Below the pieces are notes generated by a model that saw only the letters and a program-made list of their open reading frames with translations, did no database searches and was not told the DNA's origin. A program made the position numbers and the translations under genes. DNA of 63,881 nt, filler included, from Octopus bimaculoides (Eukaryota), in NCBI RefSeq assembly GCF_001194135.2. It is 9 parts of 7 records of this genome, joined end to end, with 100 filler letters (N's around TTAATTAATTAA, not from the genome) between each part and the next. Parts side by side here need not be neighbours in the genome. Positions count along the whole stretch, not along the records: positions 1 to 13,953 come from NC_068989.1; positions 14,054 to 26,107 come from NC_069006.1; positions 26,208 to 46,009 come from NC_069006.1; 6 more parts are not named here. One strand, given 5' to 3'. Positions 13,282 through 26,560 of the stretch are shown here, one piece after another. Numbering within the stretch: the stretch's first letter is position 1; every line of letters starts with the position of its first letter.

Positions 13282-13898
13282 CTCACCTGCTCCATTTCCC
13301 ATAATTTGGCTTTATATATATATATGCGTGTGTGTGTATAAATATATATAGTAAAGAAGAAGAAAACGATTGGAGAATTCACAGTATCACTACACGCATT
13401 TCCATAGCAAGCTTATTTAAATTATGAATACAAATGCGTAACCCAATAGGCACCATTATGTAAGTTTGCATCTTCACGCACTGGCTTTTCTGCAGGAAAA
13501 TATATCGCCGAATATTTTGTAGGTGTTGCACTGCCAAGTATTCGATCTAGAGGAATGATAGGTGCTGAAAGTACAAACTCAAATAATATTATCTATCAAA
13601 TTAAACAGATTTACTCGTATTTCAGATAAACATGCTATAGAAACTCGCATAGTGATGCCCTGGAATATCATTCATTTTGTTCTTGTTTACTATAAATTAT
13701 GACGCATGAAATGCATCTTTTCATTTGTACATCGTTTTGAAAGTTGCCTAAGTACCTGACACTAATGAACAGCCGTTTCAAGTCTCTTTTAGCTGTTGAT
13801 CTGAACCGTAAAACTGCTTGCAAGTTTCAATGGCAGCTAAAAATCCACGCAGGTGAATTGATATTAATTTGCCTTCGTATAATTAACCTTATTTTACA

Positions 13899-13953
<55 letters not shown>

Positions 13954-14053
13954 NNNNNNNNNNNNNNNNNNNNNNNNNNNNNNNNNNNNNNNNNNNNTTA
14001 ATTAATTAANNNNNNNNNNNNNNNNNNNNNNNNNNNNNNNNNNNNNNNNNNNN
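13954..14053. other. Artificial scaffold linker N44-TTAATTAATTAA-N44
   Basis: 12-mer at 13998-14009 gives stops in all six frames; 44 N on each side. Confidence 0.95.
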
Positions 14054-15093
14054 TTCTGAGTTCAAATTTTGCCAAAGTCAACTCCATTACACTGACCCCA
14101 GTACTTATCAGGCAAAGCTGACTTTGGCAAAATTTGAACTCAGAATATAAAGTATTGGAAAAAATGCAACTAAGCAATTTGTCTAACATGCTAATGGTTC
14201 TGCTAGCTCATTGCCTTTCAAAATAATAATAATAATGGTCTCTAATTTAGGCACAGGGTCAACAATTTTGAGTTGAATGTGGTAATTGATAATATTGACC
14301 ACCACCCAGCTCTTTCTTGATGGGTACTTTATTTTATTGACTCTGCAACAGGATGTAACACAGAGGAGACCTTGGCAGAGTATGAACTCAGAACCCCCAA
14401 ACTTCAGAAGAAATTCCAGAAAGCATTTTTTTCTCTTCAATTTTGTTTTTAACAATTAACAACTCTGCCAGCTTGGTACCAAGCGCTACTGGTAAAATAA
14501 TCCAGAATAACCTGTTGCAAGACTGACTAAACCAGCACATCACCCCAACAGGTCAGCTTGACAAAAAGATAAACTATATCTGTTGAAAGATTTGATGTAC
14601 TTGGCACAAAGTCAATGGCTATCAAACAACAACATCAGGAATTCTGAGTTGGTATCTAAAGCATCGTCGTAATAATAAAAGTGGGACATCCCTTAACCCC
14701 TATGTCTTGCTATCATTTCATTTCTTGATCCGTTTTGTATTTTTTAAAGTCCTATGGCAATGAATGTGTGGCCTGAAAAGTCATATCCACACGAATGCAG
14801 GGCTGAAAGTAAATTGGAACCATCATGCTGAATGTGAGACAGCTATCATCTGACAAGAGAAGACTATTATCACACACACACACACACACACAGACACATG
14901 TATATATGAACATGTTTCTTTAAGTCAAACAAATGAAAGAGGCATGCTTCGTACATGTTGTCATGCATCTAGAGTTTCATGCTATTGTAATCGGTGGCAT
15001 GAAGCTTGAATTACAAAGACAAGCTCATAGCTTTGGTTTCAATTAAAAATTCTGTGTGTACATAGATGTGTGTGCATACATATGTATACATGA

Positions 15094-15130
<37 letters not shown>

Positions 15131-15461
15131 CATATATATATATATATATTTATATGATTGACTGTATGTATGTATTTATGTGTGCAATCCATGCCAGCAT
15201 GGAAGAAATAACGTAGACAGTCGCATATATAGATGTATGTGTACACATCCAGTTGTATACACACCTGTTTAAGTTCTGGAAGAAAAGGCTTAGTTGATAC
15301 AATAGTACCCACCCCAGGATTTCACTGGTACTTTATTTTATTGACCCTGAAAGGGTGAAAGGTAAAGTTAGCCTTGGCACAACTTGAACTTAGAACATAA
15401 AGAACAAGGACAAACACAGTAAGGTATTTTTTCTGGAACACTAATGATGTCACCAATCCAT

Positions 15462-15680
15462 TATCATCATCATCCACATCCTCCTCATCATCATCAATAA
15501 ATGTCAATTTCCTATGCTGGTATGGATTGGACAGGCCAACAAGAACTGCTGAGTCAAAAGTTTGCACCAGACTCCACTGTCTGCTTTGGCAAAGTTTCTG
15601 CAGCTGGATGTCCCACCTAACACCAACCACTTCACAAAGTGTAGTGGATGCTTTTTACATGGCACCTGCACCAGTGAGGT
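15462..15680 (-). mobile_element. RTE-type LINE 3' UTR fragment with (GAT)n tail
   Basis: Reverse complement resembles 41270-41460. Confidence 0.6.
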
Positions 15681-16858
15681 CACCAAATACCTTGCAAGAC
15701 AAGACCCCCCCCCTCAACTGAGTTGGGGAGTAGTAATGAGGCGGGTGGCTCAATGCCAGGTGATGAGAGGTTAGAATATGATAAGGGAACAGGAACAAAT
15801 GGCTACCCTAACTAAGAAGAGAAGGAGGATGTTGTTGTAAGTAGGTTAGGGCACAGCTTCAAGTTACAAGAAGGTGAATAAATAGAAGTGGTTTAGGTGG
15901 GTGAGTAGGGTGAAATAATAATTATGAATGCTACAAGAGTGATGGATGATGGAATATTATAGGAAAAAGTGACAAAAAGTGTGAGGTTTACAATGAAAAT
16001 GGATAGATATAAAGTGTGATGTAAGACGCAGTATGCAAATAGTTGATAGAATTCCCAGAGAGCCAAAGTCCTACCTAAGGAGAATCAAAGAACCTCTACT
16101 GATCTTGGAGTACCCTGACTACCAAAAAATCAGTACCCTCTCTGTGCTGTCATTCTCCAAAGTGTGGTGAAACACAAGGTATAGAAATACTTGATAGGGT
16201 TCCCAGAGAGTCAAAGTCCCACCTTGGGAATATCAAAGAATCCACACTGGTCTTGGAGAATCCTGACTACCAACAACAAGTACGCTCTCTCAGTTACCTG
16301 AGAATGGCCCATTCACTCAGCCTCTGCTCATTACTCTCACATGAGCTTCAACAGATTTACTGGAAGATAACATCTCTGTCTCTCTGTCCTCACTTTCCTC
16401 TCTTAATGTAACTTGAAGAAATCGGTAAGGAATTGGCTAGAGAGGAAAGTGTCAGTCCTCAGTGATTTTTCTCATGTTTATTACACAGAGGATAACTACC
16501 TGTTGTTTCTGGCCAAAAGAATGAGGAGACACATTTTCAATCAAGAGGATGTAGGTGTGATTTGAAAGAGTTGATTTGTTTGCTCTTCTACATTTCATTT
16601 TCAGCAAATGTAAATATCCCCAAATATTGATTTCAAATTTTGGCACAAAGCCAGCAATTTTGTGGGAGAGAGATAAGTCAATTACATCAACCCCAGTACT
16701 CAACTGGTATTTATTTTATCAAACCTGAAAGGATATAAAAGACCAAGTCGACCTCAGTAGAATTTGAACCCAGAACATAACATAAAGACAGAGGAAATGT
16801 TACTAAGCATTTTGCCTAGCTTACCCCCTTCATATCCCCAATATTAACAGGATCTAAG

Positions 16859-17075
16859 GGGTGGCGAGCTGGCAGAATCGTTAGCACACCAAGCGAAATG
16901 CTTAGCGGTATTTTGTCTGTCTTTACATTCTGTGTTCAAATTCCACCGAGGTTGACTTTGCCTTTCATCCTTTCAGGGTTGATAACTTAAGTACCAGTTG
17001 CATACTTGGGTCAATCTAATCAACTGGCCCCTCCCCCAAAAAATTCCAGACTTTGTGCCTAGAGTACAAAAGAAT
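16859..17075 (+). mobile_element. tRNA-derived SINE (family B; Meta-domain-like core)
   Basis: GGTGGCGAGCTGGCAGAATCGTTAGC head, GTTCAAATTCC B box, GACTTTGCCTTTCATCCTTTC..GATAA..AAGTACCAG core. Confidence 0.75.
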
Positions 17076-17526
17076 ATTAACAGGATCTCTAAACAAAATA
17101 AGATCTTTATCAGGAAAAGCTTTTTATCCTTTTTCCCTTGGTCATGAATAAAGTATTTAGCTTAAACTTTTAGATGACTTCACTTTCTCACAGCAAAACA
17201 AAATTATTCCACGTTACCAATTCTTTGTACTTGATATTTGATTAACCGTTCTTTATTGATTCCACAGAGAAAGGACATAAATACACAGACATTGTTTCCT
17301 TGGTTTCAGATTTTAGTATTTGTGTTTATTTCTACAATAAACTACAAAGAAGAATCAAGGGAGAAGGGATTAGGGAGTTCGGTAATAAACCATGGGAATT
17401 AGGTTGTTTGTGATAAAAGCTAGAAGGTTGTTAAGTCTCCAGGATAACAAAATAATATATTTATATGAAATATATATTTTTAGGTGCATATATATTTATA
17501 CAATATATATTTTAGGTCCTTTCTAC

Positions 17527-17726
17527 TATAGGCACAAGGCTTGAAATTTTGAAGAAGGGGGCTAGTCGAATACAATGACCCCAGTGTTAGTGGTATTTAT
17601 TTCATTGACCCCGAAGGATGAAAGGCAAAGTTGACCTCAGTGGAATTTGAACTCAGAACATAACAACAGACGAAATGCCACTAAACATTTTGCCCAGCAT
17701 GCAAACAACTCTGCCAGCTCACCACC
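17527..17726 (-). mobile_element. SINE family B copy
   Basis: Reverse complement of the family B sequence; further fragments lie at about 7660-7860, 14054-14130, 14230-14400, 16640-16810 and 18570-19000. Confidence 0.7.
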
Positions 17727-17941
17727 TTAATAATAAAAATGATAATAATAATAATAATAATAATCTTTTCTACTATAGGTATAAGGCCAGAAATTTTGGG
17801 TGGGTGGGGCTGAGTCAATTACATCAACCCCAGTGCATAACTGGTACTTAGTTTATCGACCACTAAGTATTTTGTCCAGCATGCTAACAATTCTGCCAAC
17901 TTACTATCTTAATAATAACAATAACAATAATAACAACAATA

Positions 17942-17985
<44 letters not shown>

Positions 17986-18538
17986 CGGATGCAGTACCAG
18001 ACAGTGGCTCTCATAGCTTCTGATCTTAATTGATTGGAAGTGTTATCATGTACATTGTTTTGTCTTGGTATAAAAAGATGGGCTACAGCAAATATTCTGC
18101 TCAATACCACAGATTTGCTTGTCAGTTGTTTGACCGTAACCAGCTGAGCATGTCCCTTGGTGGCTGACGATATGTGCATCTCTGGTCATGAGCAGAAGTA
18201 GTGGGGGAGCATCATAGCCATGTGTTGAGAGGAGTTCTTTGGGGTTTGAATAATTCACCTTTGGAAACATGAGTGTTTCCTTCAACATCCTTAAACAACC
18301 CTTATTCAGGGACCTTTTGAGCGGGATGGACTACTCGACCTGAAGAAAATTCTAACTGGGCCCCACCTGCAAGATCATGCGCTGTTTATCTTGATATGAG
18401 ATCACCATGTCGCGCACATATGGTTGTGATGCATGTGCCTGGTGTACCCTTATCAGACGGGTAGTCATGATGGGTATATTGGGCTTCGTATATTTGTACC
18501 CTAGTGTCACTTTGATGGCATACACTGCTCTCTCACTT
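17986..18538 (+). mobile_element. Element D, copy 3 (longest, ~553 bp), inside (AAT)n
   Basis: (AAT)n on both sides; reverse complement of copies 1 and 2. Confidence 0.85.
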
Positions 18539-19295
18539 AACAGTAATAACAATAATAATAATAATAACACTTTCTTCTAAAGGCACAAGACTTAAAATTT
18601 TGAGAGGATAGATTAAGCGATTGCAACTATACCAGTGCTTAACTGGGGCTTATTTTATTGACCCCAAAAGGATGAAAGGCAAAGTTGACATCAGCAGAAG
18701 TTGAATGCAGAACATAAAGACATAATACCAGTAAGCATTTTGTCTGGCTAACAATTTCAAATTCTAGCACAAGGCTACCAGTTATGGGGGATGGAGCCGG
18801 TTGATGCAATCAACCTCAATAGTCAGCTGATAGTTATTTTATCAACCCCAAAAAGATAAAAGGTAAAGTGGGCCATGGTGAAATTTGAACTCACAACATA
18901 CAGCTAGACAAAATATCACGAGGCCTTTTGTCCAGCATGTTAACACTTCTGCCAAATAATAATCCTTTCTACTAAAGATACAAGGCCTGAAATTTTGGGG
19001 GAGAGAACTAGTCAAGTAAACAGCCCCTGTTTTTGAAGTCGGTTAATTTACATACAGAATGTTAAAACCAGTTTAGAATCTTTAATCTTAGGAATTTCTT
19101 TATGGGAGACTCTTGGAGTGACTGTCATGTAATATATATTAGGATGTGAGAAGAGTGGTAAAGTAGGGAGGGGGGGGAGAGAAAGGAGTCAGAAAGAGAA
19201 AAAAGGGAGAGCAAAATGTAATCAGAGAAAGATTTCATTTTCTGCATTCAATCACTTATCATGATTAGCGAGATTCATATGATCAGATCTCTCTT

Positions 19296-19335
<40 letters not shown>

Positions 19336-19537
19336 ACAAATGCATCAACATATAAACACAAACAGAAACATATGTATGTATAAATAAATATATATGCATA
19401 TGTGTATGTGTGTATGAGTATGTGTATGTGAATGTGCGTGTGTGTGTGTGTGTGTGTGTATGTATATATATATATATATATATATTAGATAGATAGATAG
19501 ACAGATCTACATATATGTATGTATATGCACATGTGTG

Positions 19538-19570
<33 letters not shown>

Positions 19571-19988
19571 TAGATAGATAGACAGATCTACATATATGTA
19601 TGTATATGCACGTGTGTGTGTGTGCGTGTGTGTGTGTGCGTGTGTGTGTGTGTGAGAGCTACCAATTGTTTTCTCTTCACCACCACCACTCCACTATCAG
19701 CAACCTTAATATTTATAGGTGTACATCCAGTTCTGTCAAAGGCATTACTAGTTACATCCTTCCATAAATCAGTTTACTCCCCCCCCACCAACCTCTGGCA
19801 TTTCTAGCACAAAAAGACAGGCTGAAATCTCACGTAATCCCACTTGGTCTTGGATTACTGAGTGCCTGGAAGAGCCAGCAAGTCAGACCACAGAATCTTC
19901 TGCTAAGTTCCAAAGAAGAACATTTAATTCTGCTTTTGCTTTAATCCTACTTCTCTCACAATTTGTCAACTTGAATTGGTATCGTTCA

Positions 19989-20552
19989 CTCTTTTACTTG
20001 TTTCAGTCATTTGACAGCGGCCATGCTGGAGCACTGCCTTTAGTCGAGCAAATCGACCCCGGGACTTATTCTTTGAAAGCCTAGACAGTACTTATTCTAT
20101 CGGTCTCTTTTGTCGAAGCGCTAAGTTACGGGGACATAAACACACCACCATCGGTTGTCAAGCGATGTTGGGGGGACAAACACAGACACACAAACATATA
20201 CACACAAATACATATAATAAATAAATGTGCCCTTTTAAAGCCTAGCCGGTCCAGGAATTGAAATCACAATCTTAGGATCATGATGCTGACACCCTAACCA
20301 CTAAGCCCTGTGCCTCCACATACACACAAATATATATATATATATATATATANNNNNNNNNNNNNNNNNNNNNNNNNNNNNNNNNNNNNNNNNNNNNNNN
20401 NNNNNNNNNNNNNTATATACATACAACGGGCTTCTTTCAGTTTCCGTCTACCAAATCCACTGACAAGGCTTTGGTCGGCCCGAGGCTATGGTAGAAGACA
20501 CTTGGCCAAGGTGTCACGCAGTGGGAATGAACCCAGAACCATGTGGTTGGTA
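19989..20552 (-). mobile_element. SINE family A with a second SINE head nested in its internal microsatellite
   Basis: Both halves match 8883-9280; an extra tRNA-like head lies at about 20225-20320. Confidence 0.75.
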
Positions 20553-22319
20553 ATTGCAAGCAAGACTACATTATTTAATGTGTCTCCCCTTTTTTTCTAA
20601 CCCTTTTACTGCATAAATCAGGTAAAGCCACCCAAAATTACCTTCAACTGCTGAAAGCAGTTTTATATATTAATCTTTTCTTTTGCTGAAGAATGTCATG
20701 TTATTTTTCTTTTTTTAATTTGTTTTTTTTTTCTTTTTGTTGAGATGTGTTGTTTACTGAGGCAATGTGACTTGCAGAAAATACAAATTCTATATTTTGG
20801 TAGATATTGAACATCATTACATGAATAATTAAGAAATTTAATTTCATAGTTAAACGGTTAAACACATCATTTTGAGAGAGATTTGGCTGCCATTTCTAGC
20901 ATACAGAGATACTGTCAGTGATAGTGAGTGATTTTACACCTGAAACTTAAAAGAAAATAAGAACAAATACAAGATGGATTTTGTGTCAATTATACTAAGT
21001 TTTCCAGTTTGTTCAATGAATAGAACTTATTGCATTGATGGTGGTTAAGTGGCTGAGTATTCCAAAGAAATGTGTACTTTTAAAGTAAACTTCATGTGGA
21101 ACATGAAGTAGTAGAGTTTGTCTCAAATTATAGTCTAAGAAGCTGAGTATTTTAAGGATCTACCAAAATGAATTTGGGAGATGGAATCTGTGTGTAAGGC
21201 ATTTGTGTGTGTGTGTGTGTACAGCTCCATTAAGAAGTGCTAATCACTCAAAATGGATGGAACTCATGGAAGAGGGAGACCCATGAAGACATGGAACAAA
21301 ATACTAAAGTTCCACCCCAAAAAATATCTACCCTCTATTTACCAACCATTACAGTGGAATTCATTAAATAAATTCAGAAAATTACAATGTCTTCTTGGCA
21401 AACTCAATATCCTTTTTTTTTTACTTTTTTTCTTTACATTAAGCTTTTATCTCTTTCTCTTTCTTTCTCATTTTCCTATTTTTTTTTTGTTAAGTATTTT
21501 AATTTTCTTTTTCTTTGTAATTATTAGTCTATTGTGGCAATAATAATAGTTTGTTGAACAAAAAACATAACAGACAGGAAGAGTGGAGGGGGAGAGGAAT
21601 TGAAAGTGAAAAAAAACAAACAAACCAAAAAAATAAACATGAGAAATGGTTAACAAACTGCCTGAAAACTGACGGTTCAATTAGCATGGATGTCTGGAGA
21701 AAGTAGTAGTATGTCTGTCTAAAAATAAAGAGAAAGAAAAGAGAGAAAGAGACACAAAGGAAGAGAGAGTAAGAGAAGAAGAGGATAAGAGAGAAAAAGA
21801 GAGAGAAGATGATGTGAGAAAAGAGAGACAGAGAGAGCGAGAGTAAGGAAGAAAAAGACAAGAACAAAAATTATTCATCAGCAGCCATTTTCATCCATTG
21901 TGGTAAGGGTTGGACCGATTGTTTTTTTTTTGTTTTTTGTAAGGCATAGTTTTCTCACAGGATGTTCTTCCTGTCACCAACCCTATTAGTTGCCTCTTAC
22001 AACATGCAGGGATATGGTGCACCACCTATTCTAGAACAGGGATACACACAAGCAAAGGAACCAGATACAGTACAAGACTTCCTACCTGGCTTCCAGAAAT
22101 CCAAGAATACCAAGCAATATACTGTACCCAGTATTGCATAACAGACCCCGTTTTTGAAGCTGGTTAATTTACATACAGAATGTTAAAAATAGTTTAGTTC
22201 TTTACCTTTTTTTAAGTGGATTGTCTTAGAATTGTATTAATTTGTACCTGTATTTTAAAAGATTTTTACTTTCTTTGTTTAATTTTCATCTTATAAACAT
22301 TATACCGTAAACATGGTAA

Positions 22320-22686
22320 AAAGTAAAGACCCCTTTTAGTCATGAATGACCGTGGGGTTGCACCTAGAAAGTTCCCTTCCAAAGCACAAGTCCAGGCAAG
22401 GTTGTTTATGGAAGACCAACAGTCACCCATGCATACCGGCCTCTCCTCTCCGTGTCACTGATGTTATCCAAGGGAAAGGAAAGGCAAAGGCCAGTACAGC
22501 TTAGCACCAGTGTTGTCGCAACTCATTTCAACAGCTGAGTGAATTAGAGCAACGTGAAATAAAGTGTTTTGCTCAAGAACACAACACACAGCTCAAGAAC
22601 ACAACACACAGCTCAGTCCAGGAATTGAACTCACTACTTCATGATTGCAAGCCTGATGCTCTACCCACTGAGCCATGCACCTTCAC
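22320..22686 (-). mobile_element. tRNA-derived SINE, near full length (CORE-like block, different 3' body)
   Basis: Minus strand has TGGCTCAGTGGG (A box), GAGTTCAATTCC (B box) and TTCTTGAGCAAAACACTTTATTTCACG; a partial sister copy lies at about 39365-39505. Confidence 0.7.
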
Positions 22687-24546
22687 ATGGTACAGTGTGA
22701 TATACTCGAAAAATTTTAAGTTGATGAATAAATACCAAACAGACTCTACTTTTAAAGGGCATTAATTTGTACCTGTATCTGTTTAATAAAATTATGTTGT
22801 TTACTTTTCCTTCATTTAATTTTCATCTTATAATCATTATACTGTATATATGATACAGTATGATATATTTTTAAAATTGTGGGTGGATTAAATCAAAAAA
22901 TATCAAGCAAACCTTGATTTAAAAGTATATTAATTGCAGTCTGTTAAGTACAATTTAGTTCTTTAATTTTCATAGTTTGTTCTATATTTTAAGAATATAT
23001 TTAGGATGTCTCCAGAAAACCAGAAATCCAGGACACTTCCAGTCCCAAACTGACTGGATAATTGCTCCAGAACTGTATATACAGAAATTACCAAGGTCCT
23101 AGAAACTATGAAGATAAAAAGGAAGGGAGAGAGGAAAGAAGAAAAAGTGTCTTTATATATGAAAGAGTGGTGGTGATGGTGGTGGAAGTTTATACCATTG
23201 TTGATGTCCCCACAGATTAGCCTTATCAAGCAGACCTAAAATTCAAAGAAATCTGGAAAAAGAAAGGCTAAAAGACAGTTGTGGGTAAAGCAACATCAGG
23301 TGCGTATGCTTATGTGCAATACTAACCAACAGAAGTTAATGCTTTTCAGTGGAATAATAGGTGCTTTACTAAGTGTCTGCATTTAACCTAGTGTTTGAAG
23401 AAAAATCTTGCTTATGAAGGTATATTTTTTTAATTCTCCTTTTTTCTACTGTGTACAGTCAACAGGTTTTACTTCCAGCTTGGTAATATCTGGATCTTTC
23501 CAGGACATTTATCAAATACAATAGTCTAAATATTTTCATTTTAATTTCCAGATCAAGTCAACAAATTTTGTTATATTCTCTGTATACTGTATTTTAGGCA
23601 TAATAAAAGGAAAAGTTGATCTCAGTGGGATGTGAACACAGAATGCAAGGCACCAGAATGAATGCCATAAAGGATTTGTTCAATGCTCTAATGATTCTTC
23701 CAGTTCATTTCTTTAGAAAAAAGAAAATAAAAACTGCTTTACAGGATATGACAAAAATGATAGCAGGCTTCACAAGTACTAAAGTAAGAATCACCCAAAT
23801 ATCTCAGCAGCTCTCTTGCCATGCCAGCCCACGAACTGGCAGGAAAGGGAGCCAAAGGAATTCCAGTCCAGTAGATTAAAAAAAAACGAAATTTCAAACT
23901 GAAGTCACTAACACTGAAAAGAAAGCACGACATCATTGCAGCTGAAACATCTTTGAACATTGACCAACTGATCAGAATTGACCTGTGGCTAAACAAAACA
24001 CCTACACAACAACAATACTAGCATTGTAAATATTTTAGAATAGTTATGGGAATTGCATGAAAGGAATACAGAGAAAGAATCAAAACAGGAAAGGATATTA
24101 TGTGACGGTTCCTGAAAATTTTCTGTCTTCAATGTCATTTTTTTTTTCTTTGTAGTTTCTCTTATTTTTGTTACATTCAGTAGAAACGGTAGTCATGACT
24201 CACTTGGACATCCTGTGAACTTACTTGTGAAACTCAGAAAAAAAAGGAGACTGATTTGGCCAAAATAAAATATTATCTAAGCTTCCACACAGTTTCTGTC
24301 AACAAATTCCAATCACATGGTACCTCAATAGCAGAGAAAAAAGGTTGAAAATGACAAACAGTGGGATTGAACTTGGAATGATGTGATTGCAAAACAACCA
24401 CACACCTATCCCTGTACCCCTCCACACCTGCATCTAACATACATGTATGTGCATTTGTGTATCTATATATGTATGCGTATTTATGTATGTATGTATAAGT
24501 ATGTGTGTGTATGTGTACATGTGTGTTTGTGTCTATGTAAGGTAGG

Positions 24547-24602
<56 letters not shown>

Positions 24603-24628
24603 TAGGCTTGCGAAGACCTAAAGCGAAA

Positions 24629-25044
24629 TCGTGATGGCACCTGTACCAGTGCAGCACTAAGTGCACCGTCCAAGTGTGATCGATGCCAGAGCACCAGCTG
24701 TCTGGCTTCCGTGCNNNNNNNNNNTCGTGATGGCACCTGTACCAGTGCAGCACTAAGTGCACCGTCCAAGTGTGATCGATGCCAGAGCACCAGCTGTCTG
24801 GCTTCCGTGCCAGGAGCATGTAAATAGCACCATTTGAGCGTGATCGTTACCAACGTTGCCTTCCTGGCACTTGTGCCAGTGGCACATGAAAAGACATCTG
24901 AGCAAGATTGTTGCCAGTACCGCTGGACTGGCTCCTGTGCAGGTGGCACGTAAAATATACCATTTTGAGCGTGGTCATTGCCAGTACCTCCTGCCTGGCC
25001 TTCGTGCCGGTGGCAAGTAAAAGCACCCACTACACTCTCGGAGT
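24629..25044 (+). mobile_element. RTE-type LINE 3' UTR with internal ~60-bp tandem units
   Basis: Shares GCCAGT..GGACTGGC..GTGGCAC.TAAAA..CACCATTT.GAGCG..CCACTACACTCT with 41185-41300. Confidence 0.65.
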
Positions 25045-25144
25045 NNNNNNNNNNNNNNNNNNNNNNNNNNNNNNNNNNNNNNNNNNNNNNNNNNNNNNNN
25101 NNNNNNNNNNNNNNNNNNNNNNNNNNNNNNNNNNNNNNNNNNNN

Positions 25145-25180
<36 letters not shown>

Positions 25181-25237
25181 TATTCATATAACTACATATT
25201 TATATACACATATATGCAGGCATATGTGTACACATAT

Positions 25238-25480
25238 ACATACATATGGTTGAATGCACCAGTAAAGAACTCAATAACATGTAAGCACAACAGACCTAAT
25301 ATAATGATTTGGGATAGAGAAGAGGAACTGTACAGTTGTAGAAATTAGCTGCCCAGCGGATGTTAGAATAAAGCTGAAAATGAGTGAAAAACAGAACACC
25401 TATGCTTAACAATTGAGAAATCTGCAGTTATTCTATTCAGATTACAAGTTCAGGTTTATACCTGTAATTATTGGGGCCCT
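25238..25480 (+). mobile_element. R4/Dong-like RLE endonuclease fragment
   Basis: Homologous at the nucleotide level to 31200-31440 (HNRPD..D region); begins right after TACA-type repeats. Confidence 0.8.
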
Positions 25481-25583
25481 GGGATATGTTGTTGTTGGTA
25501 CTTATTCTAACAGGCACTTTTTACCAAACAGCTAAGGTACAGAGTTGGACACAAACTAATACTAGTTGTCAAGCAGTGATAGG

Positions 25584-25614
<31 letters not shown>

Positions 25615-25990
25615 TATATGTGTATGTGTGTGGGCACCCTTAGTCACATTTAGTGACGACTGAATTCTTCCTTCATGGTATTAAATTGTGCCTAGCTGTT
25701 TATATTAATTTTTTGTGTATATCTATATTTGACAGGCTTTTTTCAGTTTCCTTCTACTAAATTCACTCACAAAGCTTTAGTCAGCCCAGAGCCATAATAG
25801 ATCCCCAACATGTGGCACAGTGAGACGAAACCCCAAAACCACATGGTTGGGAAGTGAAGTCAGCTTCTTACCACACACCTATGCCAGCTTCTATAGAACC
25901 ATTATTCTTTGAGAAAAGGAACAATAAAAAGTTCCAATACTATTAAGTAGTGAAACACCTGAAAGTTTTGCAAAGCCAACAAGGAACCAG

Positions 25991-26107
25991 CAATCAAGCA
26001 AGCAGACAATCAAGCAAGCAGACAATCAAGCAAGCAGACAATCAAGCAAGCAGACAATCAAGCAAGCAGACAATCAAGCAAGCGGACAATCAAGCAAGCA
26101 GACAATC
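25991..26107. repeat. 16-bp minisatellite (CAATCAAGCAAGCAGA)n
   Basis: About 7 tandem units running into the scaffold end. Confidence 0.9.
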
Positions 26108-26207
26108 NNNNNNNNNNNNNNNNNNNNNNNNNNNNNNNNNNNNNNNNNNNNTTAATTAATTAANNNNNNNNNNNNNNNNNNNNNNNNNNNNNNNNNNNNN
26201 NNNNNNN
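26108..26207. other. Artificial scaffold linker
   Basis: TTAATTAATTAA at 26152-26163 with 44 N on each side. Confidence 0.95.
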
Positions 26208-26281
26208 AAGTAGCTGTATCGATTAAATATTTACAATTTTAAATATATAATAAAAATTGGATTATATTTACAATGTTCGAT

Positions 26282-26560
26282 TGAAGCATTGCTCATTACA
26301 GACGATGGCTTTCCTGAAGGATAGGCATCCGACCACCAGGGTAGACCCCTTGCTTTTTCTTTCCCTTGTTTTTGGTTTCCACTTACCTGGTGCCAAACAC
26401 TCCCAGCTTCCTCGCCACAGGCTTCCATCTTCTCATGAATCTGTCTCGTGACAGATACCTCTTCTCCAGCCTGATCTTACTACTGAGGTGGTAACAAAAA
26501 AAGTCAACTAACCCCTGGCCAGATACAAAGGTATCCGTCACTATGCCTCCACACACACAC
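26282..26560 (-). mobile_element. L1/Tx1-clade LINE 3' terminal fragment
   Basis: DTFVSGQGLVDFFCYHLSSKIRLEKRYLSRDRFMRRW aligns with GTFLSGQALINFFK at 56260-56320. Confidence 0.55.

Noticed and set aside
13415-13575. Minus-strand exon candidate PIIPLDRILGSATPTKYSAIYFPAEK...
   Set aside because: Good acceptor, but the neighbouring candidate exon has stops in all frames and I recognise no domain.
21955-24030. Several plus-strand AG-bounded open stretches suggesting a multi-exon gene
   Set aside because: No consistent reading frame could be chained and there is no homology; could be non-coding.
25991-26107. CRISPR-like array
   Set aside because: Contiguous 16-bp tandem units with no spacers, in a eukaryotic context.
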